Shown here piece by piece: positions 46,011 through 56,854 of a DNA stretch of 64,000 bases (position 1 is the first letter of the stretch; the number at the start of each line of letters is the position of its first letter). The stretch comes from Thermodesulfobacteriota bacterium. Its GTDB lineage: Bacteria > Desulfobacterota_D > UBA1144 > Nemesobacterales > JAJCZQ01. The stretch covers positions 1,120,001 through 1,184,000 of the forward strand of contig OZ244044.1 of assembly GCA_965215275.1 (NCBI GenBank). Direction: 5' to 3'. The notes under the pieces were generated by a model. That model was not told the origin of the DNA. It made no database searches and was given only the letters and a program-made list of their open reading frames with translations. Both the position numbers and the translations under genes were made by a program.

Positions 46011-46333
46011 GATAAAAAATTCAATCGTTATCCCTATAAGTATATCAAAGCTGTTTGACAGAGCAAAGGAAATCAGATGATTTTATTTTTTTATGGACTT
46101 TATGTGATCACACAGATTGAAAAACTTAACAGATAGGATATTTTAACCCGTGTGCCATATACTTAAGTAAAAACGGAATGACGTATGGCATAAACCACGT
46201 CAGTAAGATGATCATCCCTGAACTGTAACGGTCCGATAACTGATGATATTTAAACTGATCGGAGTTTTTCCATTGACAAACAAAGTGTTTTACTTTACTT
46301 TTGTATATAAAATTAAGTAAACTGCTTATTAAT

Positions 46334-47221
46334 ATGGTCTCATTAAAACACATCTGGGTTCTTAATGTTATTTTGATAATTGCCGTTGCTTACGTGTTTG
46401 CCCGTATAGTAAATGACAGATTATCTAAAGGTATCTATCACCCAACCGCGATCACGAAGGCTGATAACTTAAATAAGTTCAAAGGTTTCGTGCATGCAAA
46501 GACCAAAGAACATGACAGGACATATTATGACATTATATTAAAGAACAATATATTTGTTCCTAACAAAAACGTTTCCCGAAGCAGATTTAAAAACGTCTCT
46601 TTACCTAATGAACCTCAAGTAACTGACCTGAAGGTAGAACTGCTCGGGACGTATTTAAAGAACAACGGTGGAAGATCAATTGCAATAATCAAAAACACCA
46701 ACAGTAACAAGATAGACGGCTATACTACAGGTAACGTGATTTCGGTCATAAGGACGGAAAGGGTTAAATTACTTAAAATTGAGAACTGCAAGGTAACTAT
46801 AAACAGAGGGACCCGTGGAAATGAAGTGATCTCATGTGACAGCACGAACAGGGTAACCAAAAAGATCAGAACTGGTCATACGGCCACTAATAAAACAGGA
46901 ATTAAAAAAATAGAGAAAAACAGATGGCTGATCGAAAAGAAAATGCTTGATGAACTGCTTGAAGATCCCTCAAAACTATTTACGCAGGCCAGGGCAATTC
47001 CCAAAAAAGACGGCTTGAGGTTCGTCAGCGTGCAGCCGAGCAGCGTATTTTTCAAAATAGGTCTTAGAAATGGTGACACCCTGCATACGATCAACGAAGT
47101 TGAACTGAACGATATGAAAAACGTATGGAGCGTATTTGAGCAGTTGAAGGATGAGACGAAATTCATTATTAATTTTACAAGAAAAGGTAATAAACACTCC
47201 TACTCTTACAACGTCAATTAA
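46334..47221 (+). CDS. gspC: T2SS protein C (TM, HR and PDZ domains)
   Basis: N-terminal TM, ELLGT..AII, QARAIP, GLRNGD..INEVEL; heads the gsp cluster. Confidence 0.85.
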   Translation: MVSLKHIWVLNVILIIAVAYVFARIVNDRLSKGIYHPTAITKADNLNKFKGFVHAKTKEHDRTYYDIILKNNIFVPNKNVSRSRFKNVSLPNEPQVTDLKVELLGTYLKNNGGRSIAIIKNTNSNKIDGYTTGNVISVIRTERVKLLKIENCKVTINRGTRGNEVISCDSTNRVTKKIRTGHTATNKTGIKKIEKNRWLIEKKMLDELLEDPSKLFTQARAIPKKDGLRFVSVQPSSVFFKIGLRNGDTLHTINEVELNDMKNVWSVFEQLKDETKFIINFTRKGNKHSYSYNVN

Positions 47222-47239
47222 CAGATCTACAAATTACAG

Positions 47240-49372
47240 ATGAAAATGGCAAAGCATATCAAGAAAATCACCCTGTTATTAGTTTTAAGCTTCGTGATCA
47301 CAACCTCCGGGTACTCACAGCAAATACCCCCTGATAACCACGTAATAAACCTGCAGTCCGAAATGACGATCAAGGACCTGATAAAGGTCATGAGCGAATT
47401 TTCAGGTGAAACTTTCATTCTGGACAAATCGGTAAAGGGGAAAAAAGTAACGATCATTTCACCTGAAGGCGGGTTCAAAAGAGAAAATGCCGAAAAGCTG
47501 TTTGAGATCATCCTGGACTTAAACGGCTTTTCTATAATCAATAAAGACGGTGTAAACAAGATCATAAAAAAGAGAAATATCAAAAGGGAAAGTATTCCAA
47601 CGGAGGTAGGACCAGCGCCTGAGGTCTCTTCCGACAGGTTCATTACAAAGATAGTCCAGCTGCAAAATATCAATGTAAATGACGTTTCAAAGGTACTGAA
47701 GCAACTCACTTCAAAAGAGGGGGATATGCTGTTCTATCCTTCTTCCAATAAGCTGATAATAATTGATAAGGTCGATAATATAAACAGGATCCTCGACATA
47801 ATCGCCAGCCTTGACATAGAAAAAAAGATAGAGTTTATAAAAATACACAACGCCGATGCAAGCGATGTTGCAGCAAAGCTGCTGCAAATATTCAGTTCTG
47901 ATTCTAAAGCTGGCTTAACCTCACAAAAAAGTTCCCGTTCATCAGGCAAGTCCAAGAGTTCAAATAAAACAAGCCAGAACGTGATCTCCGGGCGGGCGGA
48001 TATATTCGGATTTAAAGTAATTACCGAGGAGAGAACTAACTCACTTATACTGATCGCCTACCCGCATAATATGGAAAGGATCAAAGAGACCATAGCTCTT
48101 CTTGATGTTGAAACAGAGAATATAGATCAAGGCATCTACGTTATCAGGATAAAGAACGCCGACGCAGAGCAGATCGTCAGCGTTCTGCTGGGCATAATTA
48201 ACCCAGGCAGGAGCGGTAACACCTCCTACCGCACACAGACTGACCGATCAGGAACGAACAGAATAAATACAGGTTCCACGCTTTCAACCTCTGGAGGAAC
48301 CAGCAGATCAGGCATAAGACAAAGTTCAAGAGAAAATCCAAGACAGACCGGACCCAGCGGCCTGGCTGCAATTTCAGCTGAAGCGGAAGGTCTCAGGATC
48401 ACTGCTGACCCGGCTACAAATTCCGTTATTGTCGTAGGTTCAAGGGATGACTATAAAGCAATTAAAAAAGTCATAGAACAGCTTGATATAAGAAGAAGGC
48501 AGGTATTCGTGGAAGCCGCTATACTGGAAGTCGGTTTAAATGATCTGACCGCATTTGGTCTTAATTTTAATCTTGGTGCATCGGTAAACAACAATAACCT
48601 TATATTTGGAGGACAACAACTTCCAGGTGTATCCAGTTTGCTGGGTGCTGCGATAAGCAGTGAACAGGCCATCAGCACTCTTGGAACCCTTTCCGGTCTG
48701 TTCTTAGGGGTTCTTGGAAAAGAGGTGGATATTGACGGGTCGGGACCCATACCACCAATACCTTCGTTCTCAGCCTTATTTCAGGCACTGTCATCCGTAA
48801 CTGACGTGAACGTGCTCTCAACTCCAAGCATTCTCACTACTGACAACGAACAGGCTGAAATAACGGTGGCCGACGTCATACCATTTCCCACGGGAAGTAC
48901 AGTGGGAACATCAGGAGTTACGGTCAGTACGATCGATCGTCTCCCCGTCGGCATAAGGCTCGCCATTACTCCTCAGATAAGTGAGGGCAATTTTATGAGC
49001 CTTAATATTATAACTGAGGTCTCCAATATCACCGAAGCCCCACAGGGACTGAACACGCAGGTTTTTGGTATTGCCACACAAACCAGAACCGCCGACTCTT
49101 CCATCATAGTAAAGGACGGTCAGACCATTGTGATCGGTGGACTTGTGTCAGACAGGGAACGCACTGCCGAGAACAAAACACCCTTACTCGGAGATATTCC
49201 CATACTCGGCAATCTGTTTAAACAGAAACAAAAGCTGAACCAGAAACTGAACCTGATCATCCTTCTCACGCCTCGCATAGTTGAAACGGACGAAGACGTA
49301 CAAGATATTTTAGAAGAAGAGCAAAGAAGAAGGATGCTGCTTCAGGAAAGAGGGCTCGACATCCTAAAATAA
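47240..49372 (+). CDS. gspD: T2SS secretin
   Basis: N domains, ADPATNSVIV, LDIRRRQVFVEAAILE, PLLGDIPILGNLF. Confidence 0.95.
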   Translation: MKMAKHIKKITLLLVLSFVITTSGYSQQIPPDNHVINLQSEMTIKDLIKVMSEFSGETFILDKSVKGKKVTIISPEGGFKRENAEKLFEIILDLNGFSIINKDGVNKIIKKRNIKRESIPTEVGPAPEVSSDRFITKIVQLQNINVNDVSKVLKQLTSKEGDMLFYPSSNKLIIIDKVDNINRILDIIASLDIEKKIEFIKIHNADASDVAAKLLQIFSSDSKAGLTSQKSSRSSGKSKSSNKTSQNVISGRADIFGFKVITEERTNSLILIAYPHNMERIKETIALLDVETENIDQGIYVIRIKNADAEQIVSVLLGIINPGRSGNTSYRTQTDRSGTNRINTGSTLSTSGGTSRSGIRQSSRENPRQTGPSGLAAISAEAEGLRITADPATNSVIVVGSRDDYKAIKKVIEQLDIRRRQVFVEAAILEVGLNDLTAFGLNFNLGASVNNNNLIFGGQQLPGVSSLLGAAISSEQAISTLGTLSGLFLGVLGKEVDIDGSGPIPPIPSFSALFQALSSVTDVNVLSTPSILTTDNEQAEITVADVIPFPTGSTVGTSGVTVSTIDRLPVGIRLAITPQISEGNFMSLNIITEVSNITEAPQGLNTQVFGIATQTRTADSSIIVKDGQTIVIGGLVSDRERTAENKTPLLGDIPILGNLFKQKQKLNQKLNLIILLTPRIVETDEDVQDILEEEQRRRMLLQERGLDILK

Positions 49373-49390
49373 GAATGACGATCATCCAAG

Positions 49391-51073
49391 ATGAAAGACA
49401 TTAATCATATACTGCAAGAAAAAAATCCTGAGATAGTTGAAAGCTTTCTGCAGATAAAATCTAAAAGCTCAGAGAGTGCCGAAGAGGTACTTATAAAGTC
49501 CAACCTGCTGGACGATGAAAAATTACTGAGCGTCTTATCAGAATACTATGGCGTTCCAGTGCTGCGCGAGATCAGGAACGAAGATATAGATTTTGAACTG
49601 GTCAGAAAACTTCCTATAAAGTTTAGCCGAAAGCACAGACTAATACCTATTTCACAAACCAACGGAACAATGAAGGTGGCACTGGCACCACCGGTCGACC
49701 TGTATGCACTTGATGAGGTCAGATCCCTTTTCAACTGCCCTGTTGAAACTCTCTTGACCTTCAAACACACGCTGTATGAAAATATAAACCGTGCTTATGA
49801 ACAGAATCAGGAAATATCCAGTGATATAGAGCAGGAACAGACAGAGAACGTAGAACTGGACATACATGAGCCAAAGGACCTGCTGGAAGCATACGATGAA
49901 GCTCCGATAATAAAGTTCGTTAACTCGCTTTTGTTCCGGTCAGTTAAAGAAAAAGCAAGCGATATACACATAGAATGCTTTGAAAAGAACATGACGGTGC
50001 GGTTCAGAAAAGACGGAATGCTTCAGAACATAACCTCCGTGGGTAAAAAAGTACAGTCCGCCATAATCTCTCGTGTAAAGATCATGGCAGAACTTGATAT
50101 AGCGGAAAAAAGAAAACCACAGGATGGCAGGATAAGGGTAAAGGTCGCAGGTCGGGACGTTGATATAAGGATCTCCACCGTGCCAACGACATGGGGTGAG
50201 AGCGTTGTTATGAGGCTTCTTGACAGGTCTTCGGTTCTTCTCAGCCTTGAAGATCTGGGACTTGAAGGTGAAAAACTTGCAAAATTCGACTTTCTGATAA
50301 GAAAACCTCATGGAATCATCTTGGTAACAGGACCCACGGGAAGTGGTAAGACCACAAGTCTGTACGCCGCACTGGAAAGAATAAATTCCCCCGATAAAAA
50401 AATTATTACAATCGAAGACCCGGTAGAGTATCAGATAAAAGGGATAAATCAGATCCAGGTCAATAACAAGGTCGATCTGACGTTTGCCAATGGACTCAGG
50501 TCCGTGCTCAGGCAAGACCCTGACGTGATACTCGTAGGTGAAATAAGGGACAGAGAGACGGCAGATATATCTATACACGCATCTTTAACCGGACACCTGG
50601 TGTTCTCCACTCTTCATACCAACGACTCCGCCAGTGCGATCACAAGGATGATCGATATGAACATTGAACCCTTTCTTGTTTCTTCATCGCTGCTCGCTGT
50701 GGTTGCACAGAGACTCGTAAGGGTGCTTTGTTATCACTGCAAGCAAAAGTATATTCCCACCGATGAGGACCTGAGCAGGATCGGTATCAACCGCAACGAC
50801 ATAAAAGATGGAACGGTTTTTAAGAGCAAAGGATGCAAAAAATGTACGGATTCCGGATTTAATGGCCGCGTGGCAATTTTTGAAATTCTGATAATGGACG
50901 ATGATATAAGAAACCTGACCTTGGGTATAACCGACTCCTCAACGATAAAACGTAAAGCCATGGAAAAAGGTCTCACCACTCTCAAGATGGATGGAGCAAA
51001 CAAAGTAATAAGCGGCGTTACCTCGATCGACGAAGTGCTGCGGGTTACCGAGGAAGAGCACAGCAGTTTCTAA
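49391..51073 (+). CDS. gspE: T2SS ATPase
   Basis: ASDIHIE, GPTGSGKTT, TIEDPVEY, LRQDPD, TGHLVFSTLHTN, CxxC pairs. Confidence 0.96.
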   Translation: MKDINHILQEKNPEIVESFLQIKSKSSESAEEVLIKSNLLDDEKLLSVLSEYYGVPVLREIRNEDIDFELVRKLPIKFSRKHRLIPISQTNGTMKVALAPPVDLYALDEVRSLFNCPVETLLTFKHTLYENINRAYEQNQEISSDIEQEQTENVELDIHEPKDLLEAYDEAPIIKFVNSLLFRSVKEKASDIHIECFEKNMTVRFRKDGMLQNITSVGKKVQSAIISRVKIMAELDIAEKRKPQDGRIRVKVAGRDVDIRISTVPTTWGESVVMRLLDRSSVLLSLEDLGLEGEKLAKFDFLIRKPHGIILVTGPTGSGKTTSLYAALERINSPDKKIITIEDPVEYQIKGINQIQVNNKVDLTFANGLRSVLRQDPDVILVGEIRDRETADISIHASLTGHLVFSTLHTNDSASAITRMIDMNIEPFLVSSSLLAVVAQRLVRVLCYHCKQKYIPTDEDLSRIGINRNDIKDGTVFKSKGCKKCTDSGFNGRVAIFEILIMDDDIRNLTLGITDSSTIKRKAMEKGLTTLKMDGANKVISGVTSIDEVLRVTEEEHSSF

Positions 51074-51099
51074 ATCCAAGCATTGATACTTATCAGCTA

Positions 51100-52302
51100 A
51101 TGCCAGTTTATAAATATAAAGCGATCAACTCAGATGGTTCCAATAAGGAAGGAATAGTAGACGCAGAATCGGTCAAGGCGGCCTCAGAGAAATTAAAGCA
51201 GCAAGGTCTGTATCTCTCCTCGATTTCCGAAGCTTCAAAAAGCGGAAAAAGAAGTTATATTCCCTTCAGAAGGGTCAGCAGTTCAGAACTGGCCGTTACG
51301 ACAAGGCAGTTTGCATCCCTTATATCCGCGGGGCTTCCACTGGAAGCATCTCTTGTTGCACTTTCTGAGCAGACCGAGGATCAGAAGATAAAAGAGACCT
51401 TCACACAAGTGAGAAACAGGGTAAACGAGGGAAGCTCCCTTGCAAACGCGCTTTCTGAACATAGTGACGTATTTTCCAAAATCTATATCAATATTATCAA
51501 TGCCGGTGAGGTCAGTGGGAATCTGGACATCGTGCTTAACAGACTGGCGGATTTTATGGAAAAATCCACCGCTTTGAGATCAAAGATAAAAAGCGCTTTC
51601 GTTTATCCCGCATTTATGTTCATAGTCGGATCGGGCATCATGTTCTTTATGATGGTATATGTAATACCGAAGATCAGCAAGATATTCGAAGCGAGTGAAA
51701 AGGCACTTCCCTTATCAACGCTCATCCTGATGAACATCAGCAGTTTTCTTATAAATAATTTAATTGTCATTCTCTTGCTCACTTTCGTAACAGGGTTTAT
51801 TTTGATAAAGTTCATAAGGTCCGAAAAGGGAAAAAGATTTACTGATATCCTTGTCTTAAAACTTCCCATATTTGGCAAGCTGATCTCCAAAATCGCAATA
51901 TCAAGGTTCGCAAGGACGACCGGAACGCTCGTGGGGAGCGGTATTCCTCTCCTTAACGCACTGGAGATCGGTGAAGCGGTAATGGGGAACTCCGTGTTCA
52001 CGGACTCGCTGCAAGAGGTGAGGGTCAGTGTCAGAGAAGGTTCCGACCTTGCCTCTCCTCTCCAGGACAGCAAAGTGTTCCCTCCACTTGTCACAAGGAT
52101 GATCAGCGTGGGTGAACAGACAGGTGAAATAGAGGATATGTTCAACAAAATAGCAGACATTTACGACCTGCAGGTCGAGAATACCCTTTCGGCTTTAACT
52201 TCCCTGCTGGAACCCGTAATGATATTGGCAATAGGAGCAGTAATGGCATTTATAGTTTTTGCCATACTGCTTCCCATTTTTGATCTAACTTCAGTAATAT
52301 AA
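51100..52302 (+). CDS. gspF: T2SS inner-membrane platform protein
   Basis: TRQFASLISAGLPL, AGEVSGNL, VGEQTG, LLEP. Confidence 0.95.
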   Translation: MPVYKYKAINSDGSNKEGIVDAESVKAASEKLKQQGLYLSSISEASKSGKRSYIPFRRVSSSELAVTTRQFASLISAGLPLEASLVALSEQTEDQKIKETFTQVRNRVNEGSSLANALSEHSDVFSKIYINIINAGEVSGNLDIVLNRLADFMEKSTALRSKIKSAFVYPAFMFIVGSGIMFFMMVYVIPKISKIFEASEKALPLSTLILMNISSFLINNLIVILLLTFVTGFILIKFIRSEKGKRFTDILVLKLPIFGKLISKIAISRFARTTGTLVGSGIPLLNALEIGEAVMGNSVFTDSLQEVRVSVREGSDLASPLQDSKVFPPLVTRMISVGEQTGEIEDMFNKIADIYDLQVENTLSALTSLLEPVMILAIGAVMAFIVFAILLPIFDLTSVI

Positions 52303-52318
52303 AAACAGGAGGTTTATT

Positions 52319-52747
52319 ATGATTAAATCACAGAAAGGTTTCACCTTCATTGAGATCATGGTGGTGGTGATAATCATAGCCAGTCTCGCGGCGATCATCA
52401 CACCAAATATAATGAAACGGCTGGACGAGGCAAACGTCAAAATAACAAAAACAAATATGGCAAATTTAGAAAGTGCCATTAAGCTTTTTAAGTTAGACAA
52501 TGGCTTTTATCCCGATAGTCAGCAGGGACTTTCCGCACTGGTCTCACCTCCCACTATCGGCAGAGAGGCAAGGAGCTGGAATGGACCTTATCTGGGAAAA
52601 AGTCAAGTCCCGCTCGATGCCTGGTCAAATGATTTTGTTTACCTTGGTCCCGAGCATTCCAATAATGGAACATATACACTCAGGTCACTGGGTGAGGATG
52701 GGGTGCCAAATACAGGGGACGATATCTTAAGCACCAGTATTGAATGA
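52319..52747 (+). CDS. gspG: T2SS major pseudopilin
   Basis: KG/FTFIEIMVV, FKLDNGFYP..QGLSAL, DAWSNDFVY. Confidence 0.95.
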   Translation: MIKSQKGFTFIEIMVVVIIIASLAAIITPNIMKRLDEANVKITKTNMANLESAIKLFKLDNGFYPDSQQGLSALVSPPTIGREARSWNGPYLGKSQVPLDAWSNDFVYLGPEHSNNGTYTLRSLGEDGVPNTGDDILSTSIE

Positions 52748-53295
52748 CCAAAAATGCAGGCTTTACATTAATTGAACTTCTCCTGGTGATGTTCATTCTG
52801 GGAAGTTTATTGCTTATAGCCTTACCGAGGTTTAACAGCGTCACTGATACAAGTATAAAAAGCGCATCAAGAAACCTGAGCGGCATAATAAAGTATCTTT
52901 ACAACGATTCCATATTTAAAAAAAACATATACAGGTTGAGACTTGACATAGACAATGATCAATACTGGGTCGAACATATCGAAGGTAAGGAATTTACCGT
53001 TTCCACCGATCCGAATTTAAAAAAAAGGAAACTTCCCGATGGCATTTTCTTTGAGGACGTGTTCACGCAAAGGTCACAGAAAAAAATTAAAAAAGGGGAT
53101 GAAGTCTTTATTCTCTTCTTACCCAGCGGTTTTGTTGATTATGCCGTCATACACCTTGGCAGCGTTGATAATAAAAGTTATACGATAGAAACCAAACCCT
53201 ACACTGGTGGGACAAAAATATATGATCAGTATTACGATCTCAGAGAAAAAAGTGACCTGCAACGAATTAACAAGTTACGGAAGGTCAGAGAATAA
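52744..53295 (+). CDS. gspH: T2SS minor pseudopilin H
   Basis: AG/FTLIELLLV prepilin motif; position after gspG. Confidence 0.8.
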   Translation: MTKNAGFTLIELLLVMFILGSLLLIALPRFNSVTDTSIKSASRNLSGIIKYLYNDSIFKKNIYRLRLDIDNDQYWVEHIEGKEFTVSTDPNLKKRKLPDGIFFEDVFTQRSQKKIKKGDEVFILFLPSGFVDYAVIHLGSVDNKSYTIETKPYTGGTKIYDQYYDLREKSDLQRINKLRKVRE

Positions 53296-53644
53296 GGGAT
53301 TTACACTTCTTGAAGTCGTTATAGCCATCACGCTGATCGGAACAGCAATGGTCATATTGCTCGGGTCCGTCAGTAATAACATAAATTTTGCTTCCAAATC
53401 CAAAAATAATCAGACCGCAACTCTCCTGGCAGAGCAGATGATGGCTGAGATCGAACTTGAGGAAATACTTTATGAAAGGGAAGAAAGTGGTACTTTTCCA
53501 AATCACGGAGAATTTAAATGGTTCGTATCCGTATATCCCTACGAGCTACCTTTTTTAAATATCAAGATCATGATGGTAAGACTTTTAATAACATGGGACA
53601 ATGACAATTCATCATTTGAAATATTCACGGCAATGCCGAACTGA
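53252..53644 (+). CDS. gspI: T2SS minor pseudopilin I (start uncertain; GTG 53252 chosen)
   Basis: KG/FTLLEVVIA prepilin motif. Confidence 0.8.
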   Translation: MTCNELTSYGRSENKGFTLLEVVIAITLIGTAMVILLGSVSNNINFASKSKNNQTATLLAEQMMAEIELEEILYEREESGTFPNHGEFKWFVSVYPYELPFLNIKIMMVRLLITWDNDNSSFEIFTAMPN

Positions 53645-54356
53645 AAAAGGGTTTACCCTGATCGAGATACTGGTGGTGATGTTCATTACGGCCATTATAG
53701 CGACAATGCTGTACGGTTCACTTTTTCAGATCATAGACACAAAGGAAAAGATCGAGAACGAGCTGGAGGTCCTTCATGAAGCCAGAATGGTCTTTTCAAA
53801 AATAAGCAAGGACCTGAGGAACGCATACCCAAGGGGCAGGGTTTCAAGTATAAAATCCAGCAGCTATCCTTATTTTTACTTCAAAGGTGAAAAAGACCCT
53901 GTAAACGAAAAAAACAGCAGACTGCATCTGTCATCATATGCGTCAAGCACGGCTTATTTCAGCCAAAACCCTGATCTGACCCTGAACCGCCAATCAGACC
54001 AGTCGGAAGTCACATACTTTTTAGAGGAACTGGACGAGCAGGACCAACCACACACGGATCAAAGCCAGCTGTACGCACTGGTACGACGTGAAAACCCATG
54101 GTTTGGTAATGAACAGGGCGGTATTCAATATGCCTTATCTGAAAGGGTTTCAAGTTTCAGGATCACTTATCTTAACGACAAGAAAATAAAAAATCCAGAC
54201 CTGACACTTAATACGGAAGGTATTACAAAATGGAACGCAGGCAATCCTGCAGACACAGGCTACCCAAAAGCCGTTGAAGTAAAGCTCGTACTAATAGATA
54301 ACCTCGGAAAAGACCAGTCGTTCAGTACAACTATCTTTTTACCCATTACAAAATAG
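53601..54356 (+). CDS. gspJ: T2SS minor pseudopilin J
   Basis: KG/FTLIEILVV, KDLRNAY, PKAVEVKL. Confidence 0.8.
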   Translation: MTIHHLKYSRQCRTEKGFTLIEILVVMFITAIIATMLYGSLFQIIDTKEKIENELEVLHEARMVFSKISKDLRNAYPRGRVSSIKSSSYPYFYFKGEKDPVNEKNSRLHLSSYASSTAYFSQNPDLTLNRQSDQSEVTYFLEELDEQDQPHTDQSQLYALVRRENPWFGNEQGGIQYALSERVSSFRITYLNDKKIKNPDLTLNTEGITKWNAGNPADTGYPKAVEVKLVLIDNLGKDQSFSTTIFLPITK

Positions 54357-54361
54357 AAACG

Positions 54362-55444
54362 GTGAACATGCTTATCAAAAGAAAGAAAGAAAAAGGAACA
54401 GTGCTTGTAATGGTGCTGATCGTCATTGCAATACTGACCATTATAGTCGCCGAGTTCACTTTCAGCACATATATTGACCTCGCAATTTCCAAAAACACCC
54501 AGAACGATATAAAAGCACGATACATAGCCAAATCCGGAATAAGTCTGGTCTCAAGCATAATGAAGACCAAGAACCCCGAAACGATGGATAGAGTGGCAAA
54601 GTTCATACCATCGATGTACTTAGGGAACAACGAAAAAGGGATGTGGACACTGACAGTGTCATCTTTTCCTTTGGGCGACGGTGCAGTCTCTTTAACGATG
54701 GAAGACGAAAGAGCAAAAATAAATTTAAATTCTCTGGTTAATCCAAAAAGCAATAAAGTTGACTTTCAGGTACTGACGGCACTTACACAACTCTTCAAGT
54801 TTTTAAAAGTTGACCAGGAAAAATCCAACCTGTTCATATCCAGCCTGGTCAACTGGTTAGATAGAGAACTGAAAGGGTCACCGAACGATCAGGAATCTTA
54901 TGGAGTTAATGAAAAATTTTATGAACAACTTGATACTCCATATCAAATTAAAGACGGACAGATAGACAGCATAGAGGAAATCCGAATGATCGAGGGAATG
55001 GATACAGAATTCTATAATAAGATAAAAAATTATATAACGGTTTATCCTTCGAATAAATTAGTTAATTTCAGCACCGCCCCCAGACCGGTCATGATGGCGG
55101 TAATAGCAGCTTCTCATGTATCTTCAATTAAGAAAAAAGACCCCGCTGAGATAAACCATTCCACAGTTGAATCCATTGTCAGCGAGATATTGGAAAAAAG
55201 AGAAGACGATAACGTGATTTCAAGAAAGGAAGTCAAAAATATTGTAAATAAAATAGGTACAGAACATAACATCTCCGCTGGTCTGAGCGGGCTTGTTTTG
55301 AAGTACGGAAAAAGCGATATATTTTCAGTCAGATCAACAGGCGTTGCCGGAAGCGGAGATATTACAATAAAAAATATTGAGGCAGTTGTTAAAAAACCAA
55401 GCCGTAGCAACGCCCAGCAAATTGTTTCATGGAAAGAGGAATAG
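54362..55444 (+). CDS. gspK: T2SS minor pseudopilin K
   Basis: KG/TVLVMVL, DERAKINLNSL, SIEEIRMIEG, VNFSTAP. Confidence 0.88.
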   Translation: MNMLIKRKKEKGTVLVMVLIVIAILTIIVAEFTFSTYIDLAISKNTQNDIKARYIAKSGISLVSSIMKTKNPETMDRVAKFIPSMYLGNNEKGMWTLTVSSFPLGDGAVSLTMEDERAKINLNSLVNPKSNKVDFQVLTALTQLFKFLKVDQEKSNLFISSLVNWLDRELKGSPNDQESYGVNEKFYEQLDTPYQIKDGQIDSIEEIRMIEGMDTEFYNKIKNYITVYPSNKLVNFSTAPRPVMMAVIAASHVSSIKKKDPAEINHSTVESIVSEILEKREDDNVISRKEVKNIVNKIGTEHNISAGLSGLVLKYGKSDIFSVRSTGVAGSGDITIKNIEAVVKKPSRSNAQQIVSWKEE

Positions 55445-55462
55445 ACGTTCCCCTATGAAACC

Positions 55463-55909
55463 TCACTTCATGGGTATCTCTCTTATGAACTCGTCCCAGT
55501 GATCTTTAGTGATCAGACCTATTTGTTTTCTTGGTCCGCTGTACCCACCTTCTCCTGGGAATATTTTGTTGTAAACTTCGTCCTTTATTTCAAGCCATTT
55601 ATCTATCGCTGCATAGTTTTTGAATTTTACAATGGTTTTATATGTCCAGAGAGGCTTGATGGTGTGAATTCTCTGAGAATACATTCTGTATTGATCAACA
55701 ATTAAACCCATCTCTTCCATTTTCTGCCAGAACGGAAAGAGCCTTGATCTGTATATATCCAGAAATTTTTCCTTATTTTCCTCATCTACAAGATAATAGC
55801 TTTCTTCAATTACCGTTTTGTAATCACTTTTCTTTCCATATACGTCACCGTTCATAATAATTAAAAAACATAATGTTAACAGAGTAAACGACGTTAAAGA
55901 CCGTGTCAT
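55463..55909 (-). CDS. Exported hypothetical protein (possible NIPSNAP/dimeric alpha-beta barrel fold)
   Basis: ATG 55909 after AGGGGGTG; signal-like MTRSLTSFTLLTLCFLIIMNGDVYG. Confidence 0.65.
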   Translation of the reverse strand: MTRSLTSFTLLTLCFLIIMNGDVYGKKSDYKTVIEESYYLVDEENKEKFLDIYRSRLFPFWQKMEEMGLIVDQYRMYSQRIHTIKPLWTYKTIVKFKNYAAIDKWLEIKDEVYNKIFPGEGGYSGPRKQIGLITKDHWDEFIREIPMK

Positions 55910-56090
55910 AGTACACCCCCTAAATTGAACTTTACAGTTATTTATAACAACGATACGTGATAAATCAATCAGTTTGTCCCTGCAGTCAAATCTAATACAC
56001 ATTTGCTTTTGAAATAATTCATCTGTAAAATTTCCACTATCTATCCATAGTTATAATTTTCCGAGCTTAGCGAAATCTCCATATACCACA

Positions 56091-56846
56091 ATGAACGAAA
56101 CACTTTTTGAAACACTGTTAGGAGCAACTTCTGGCACTGGAGTAGTAAGTCTGATATTGGCTGCTGGCCCAGTGGTAAAGTTTGTTCTTTTGATCCTGGT
56201 GATAATGTCAGTTGTTTCATGGTCCATTATTTTTTCAAAGTGGTTTACGTTAAGGTCGGCAATCCAGAAGTCAGAGGAATTTCTGAAACTTTACAGAAAA
56301 AGCACTAATTTCTGGCAACTTCATTCGGCAACGAAACAATTCGACGGACCCACAGCAGAATTATTTAAATCCGGCTTCTCAGAAATAATAAAATTTAAAA
56401 AGGCCAGAAGAGCCGAAAGTAACGAAAAACAAAGCAAAAACAGTCAGGAAGATAACGACATGCTGCCGGAAATGGGTGTGATAGACCTGGTGGAACGAGA
56501 GCTGAAAAGATCAATGTCCGCTGAGATTACCAAGTTAGAAGGGTCCCTTATATTTCTTGCAACTACAGGAAGCACCGCACCATTTATAGGGCTCTTCGGA
56601 ACCGTCTGGGGAATAATGACATCTTTTATCAGCCTTGCAGGTGGTGGTGGAGTTCCTTCGCTACAACTCGTGGCACCTGGCATAGCCGAGGCACTGATCG
56701 CAACGGCTATAGGTCTTGCTGCAGCAATTCCTGCTTCCGCCGCCTATAATCACTTTCTAAGTAAAATCAGAAAAATCGATATAGAGATGGAAAACTTTGC
56801 CTCTGAGTTTTTAAATATTACAGAAAGATATATGAAGCAGTCTTAA
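56091..56846 (+). CDS. tolQ: TolQ (MotA/TolQ/ExbB family)
   Basis: FLATTGSTAPFIGLFGTVWGIM, VAPGIAEALIATAIGL. Confidence 0.93.
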   Translation: MNETLFETLLGATSGTGVVSLILAAGPVVKFVLLILVIMSVVSWSIIFSKWFTLRSAIQKSEEFLKLYRKSTNFWQLHSATKQFDGPTAELFKSGFSEIIKFKKARRAESNEKQSKNSQEDNDMLPEMGVIDLVERELKRSMSAEITKLEGSLIFLATTGSTAPFIGLFGTVWGIMTSFISLAGGGGVPSLQLVAPGIAEALIATAIGLAAAIPASAAYNHFLSKIRKIDIEMENFASEFLNITERYMKQS

Positions 56847-56854
56847 GCTTAACA

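Noticed and set aside
46126..46353. 75-aa minus-strand ORF between groES and gspC
   Set aside because: Overlaps the gspC start and promoter region; no RBS or motif.
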